Assembly: GCA_002104905.1 (NCBI GenBank)
Contig: MCFE01000162.1
Span: 84,956-148,955, forward strand
Source: Basidiobolus meristosporus CBS 931.73
Taxonomy: Eukaryota > Fungi > Basidiobolomycota
Reading direction: 5' to 3'
DNA length: 64,000 nucleotides
Each line of letters starts with the position of its first letter. Position 1 is the stretch's first letter. The notes below the pieces were generated by a model. That model was not told where the DNA came from. It worked only from the letters and a program-made list of their open reading frames with translations, and searched no databases. Made by a program: the position numbers and the translations under genes. Shown here in pieces: positions 63,184 to 64,000 of this stretch.

Positions 63184-63771
63184 GGGTTAGGGAGGGAAAG
63201 TCACCAAGTTGGTGAAATCTTTATTTGAGTTAAGAACTAATCTAGGTACAAATAAAGAAGCCAATTACAAAGTCTAGAACCTCTCTAATAAGTAATCTAA
63301 TTTATGTTTTGTTTCATCTCTAATGTTTGTTTCAATAAAGTAAAGCTCATCAGGGGTAAATATAAAATTCAGGGGTTTTGGGGGAAGTACAAATTGTAGA
63401 TGTTTCTGATCAATATAATCCAAGACTGGAACCCAGCCTGGGATTAGGTGTAGTAGGAAAGGTGTGTGGACTTGTAAGTAGCTCTGCCATATAGATCTTA
63501 GATGGTCCTGAGCCAGTAGTCTTGGTATTTCAGCTTTTTGAAGTTTTGAAGCAAGCTCTGTTACTACAGCAGAGCCAACCAGGGTGTGCCAGCAAGAAGA
63601 TTTCAGGGAGGAGTTAGATTGAAGCCATTGTTTGATGGAGGGGTTATGTGATTTCTGAAGTTTGACTAGGAAGGAAGCACGGAGATAGACCATTCGGATT
63701 TGGTATGGGTAGAAGCCAAAGGCTCCATTAGTTGCATGGATATAGGGAGATACTGGAAGATAAGGTACCAA
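63184..63771 (-). mobile_element. Telomere-associated element, copy D (3' fragment, third family), capped by the telomere
   Basis: HATNGAFGFYPYQIRMVYLR…WQSYLQVHTPFL…LPPKPLN is homologous to the C-termini of A, B and C; begins with GGGTTAGGG. Confidence 0.88.
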
Positions 63772-64000
63772 GGGTTAGGGTTAGGGTTAGGGTTAGGGTT
63801 AGGGTTAGGGTTAGGGTTAGGGTTAGGGTTAGGGTTAGGGTTAGGGTTAGGGTTAGGGTTAGGGTTAGGGTTAGGGTTAGGGTTAGGGTTAGGGTTAGGG
63901 TTAGGGTTAGGGTTAGGGTTAGGGTTAGGGTTAGGGTTAGGGTTAGGGTTAGGGTTAGGGTTAGGGTTAGGGTTAGGGTTAGGGTTAGGGTTAGGGTTTA
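63772..64000 (+). repeat. Telomere (TTAGGG)n, about 38 units
   Basis: Tandem TTAGGG to the window end (last unit variant), G-rich strand pointing outward. Confidence 0.99.

Noticed and set aside
58512-63771. Penelope-like (Athena/Coprina) or TERT assignment for the terminal RTs
   Set aside because: The motifs are non-LTR type (KAFD, QGSxLGP), not PLE type (SLYT, MGSPLS) or TERT; only the terminal arrangement is similar.
1-64000. CRISPR arrays, rRNA genes or prokaryotic defence systems
   Set aside because: No repeat-spacer arrays or rRNA signatures were seen; the sequence is eukaryotic with spliceosomal introns.

Overview
Right-hand chromosome end of a eukaryote, most likely an early-diverging fungus. 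That assignment is inferred from short GT-AG introns, fungal-type gene families, an animal/early-fungal-type PTS gene and TTAGGG telomeres; Zoopagomycota/Entomophthorales-like is a guess. The window has four zones. (1) 1-8.2 kb: CpG-depleted transposon graveyard with solo LTRs, a copia RT remnant, CACTA-like remnants and CCCTATG-ended elements. (2) 8.8-37.3 kb: compact, intron-rich housekeeping block (DUF1348, Tsp2-like tetraspanin, GCP2/Spc97, Sec9, cyclophilin, BAR-PH-ArfGAP-ANK, sphingoid-base phosphate phosphatase, PTS, SulP, Rad3/XPD). (3) 38-57.6 kb: subtelomeric accessory zone with mostly intronless genes (BBE/AA7 oxidase, a FeeM/LuxI-like GNAT acyltransferase, ABCB/MDR transporter, Hsp31 pseudogene) among repeats. 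(4) 58.5-64 kb: head-to-tail array of four co-oriented non-LTR-type RT retroelement copies running directly into the (TTAGGG)n telomere. The most interesting observation is zone 4. All four divergent copies share a 3' signature (TTAGGG junction, small hairpin, AATAAA) consistent with reverse transcription primed by the telomeric G-overhang, and no endonuclease domain is visible in any copy. All family assignments come from motif recognition by eye; no searches were run.
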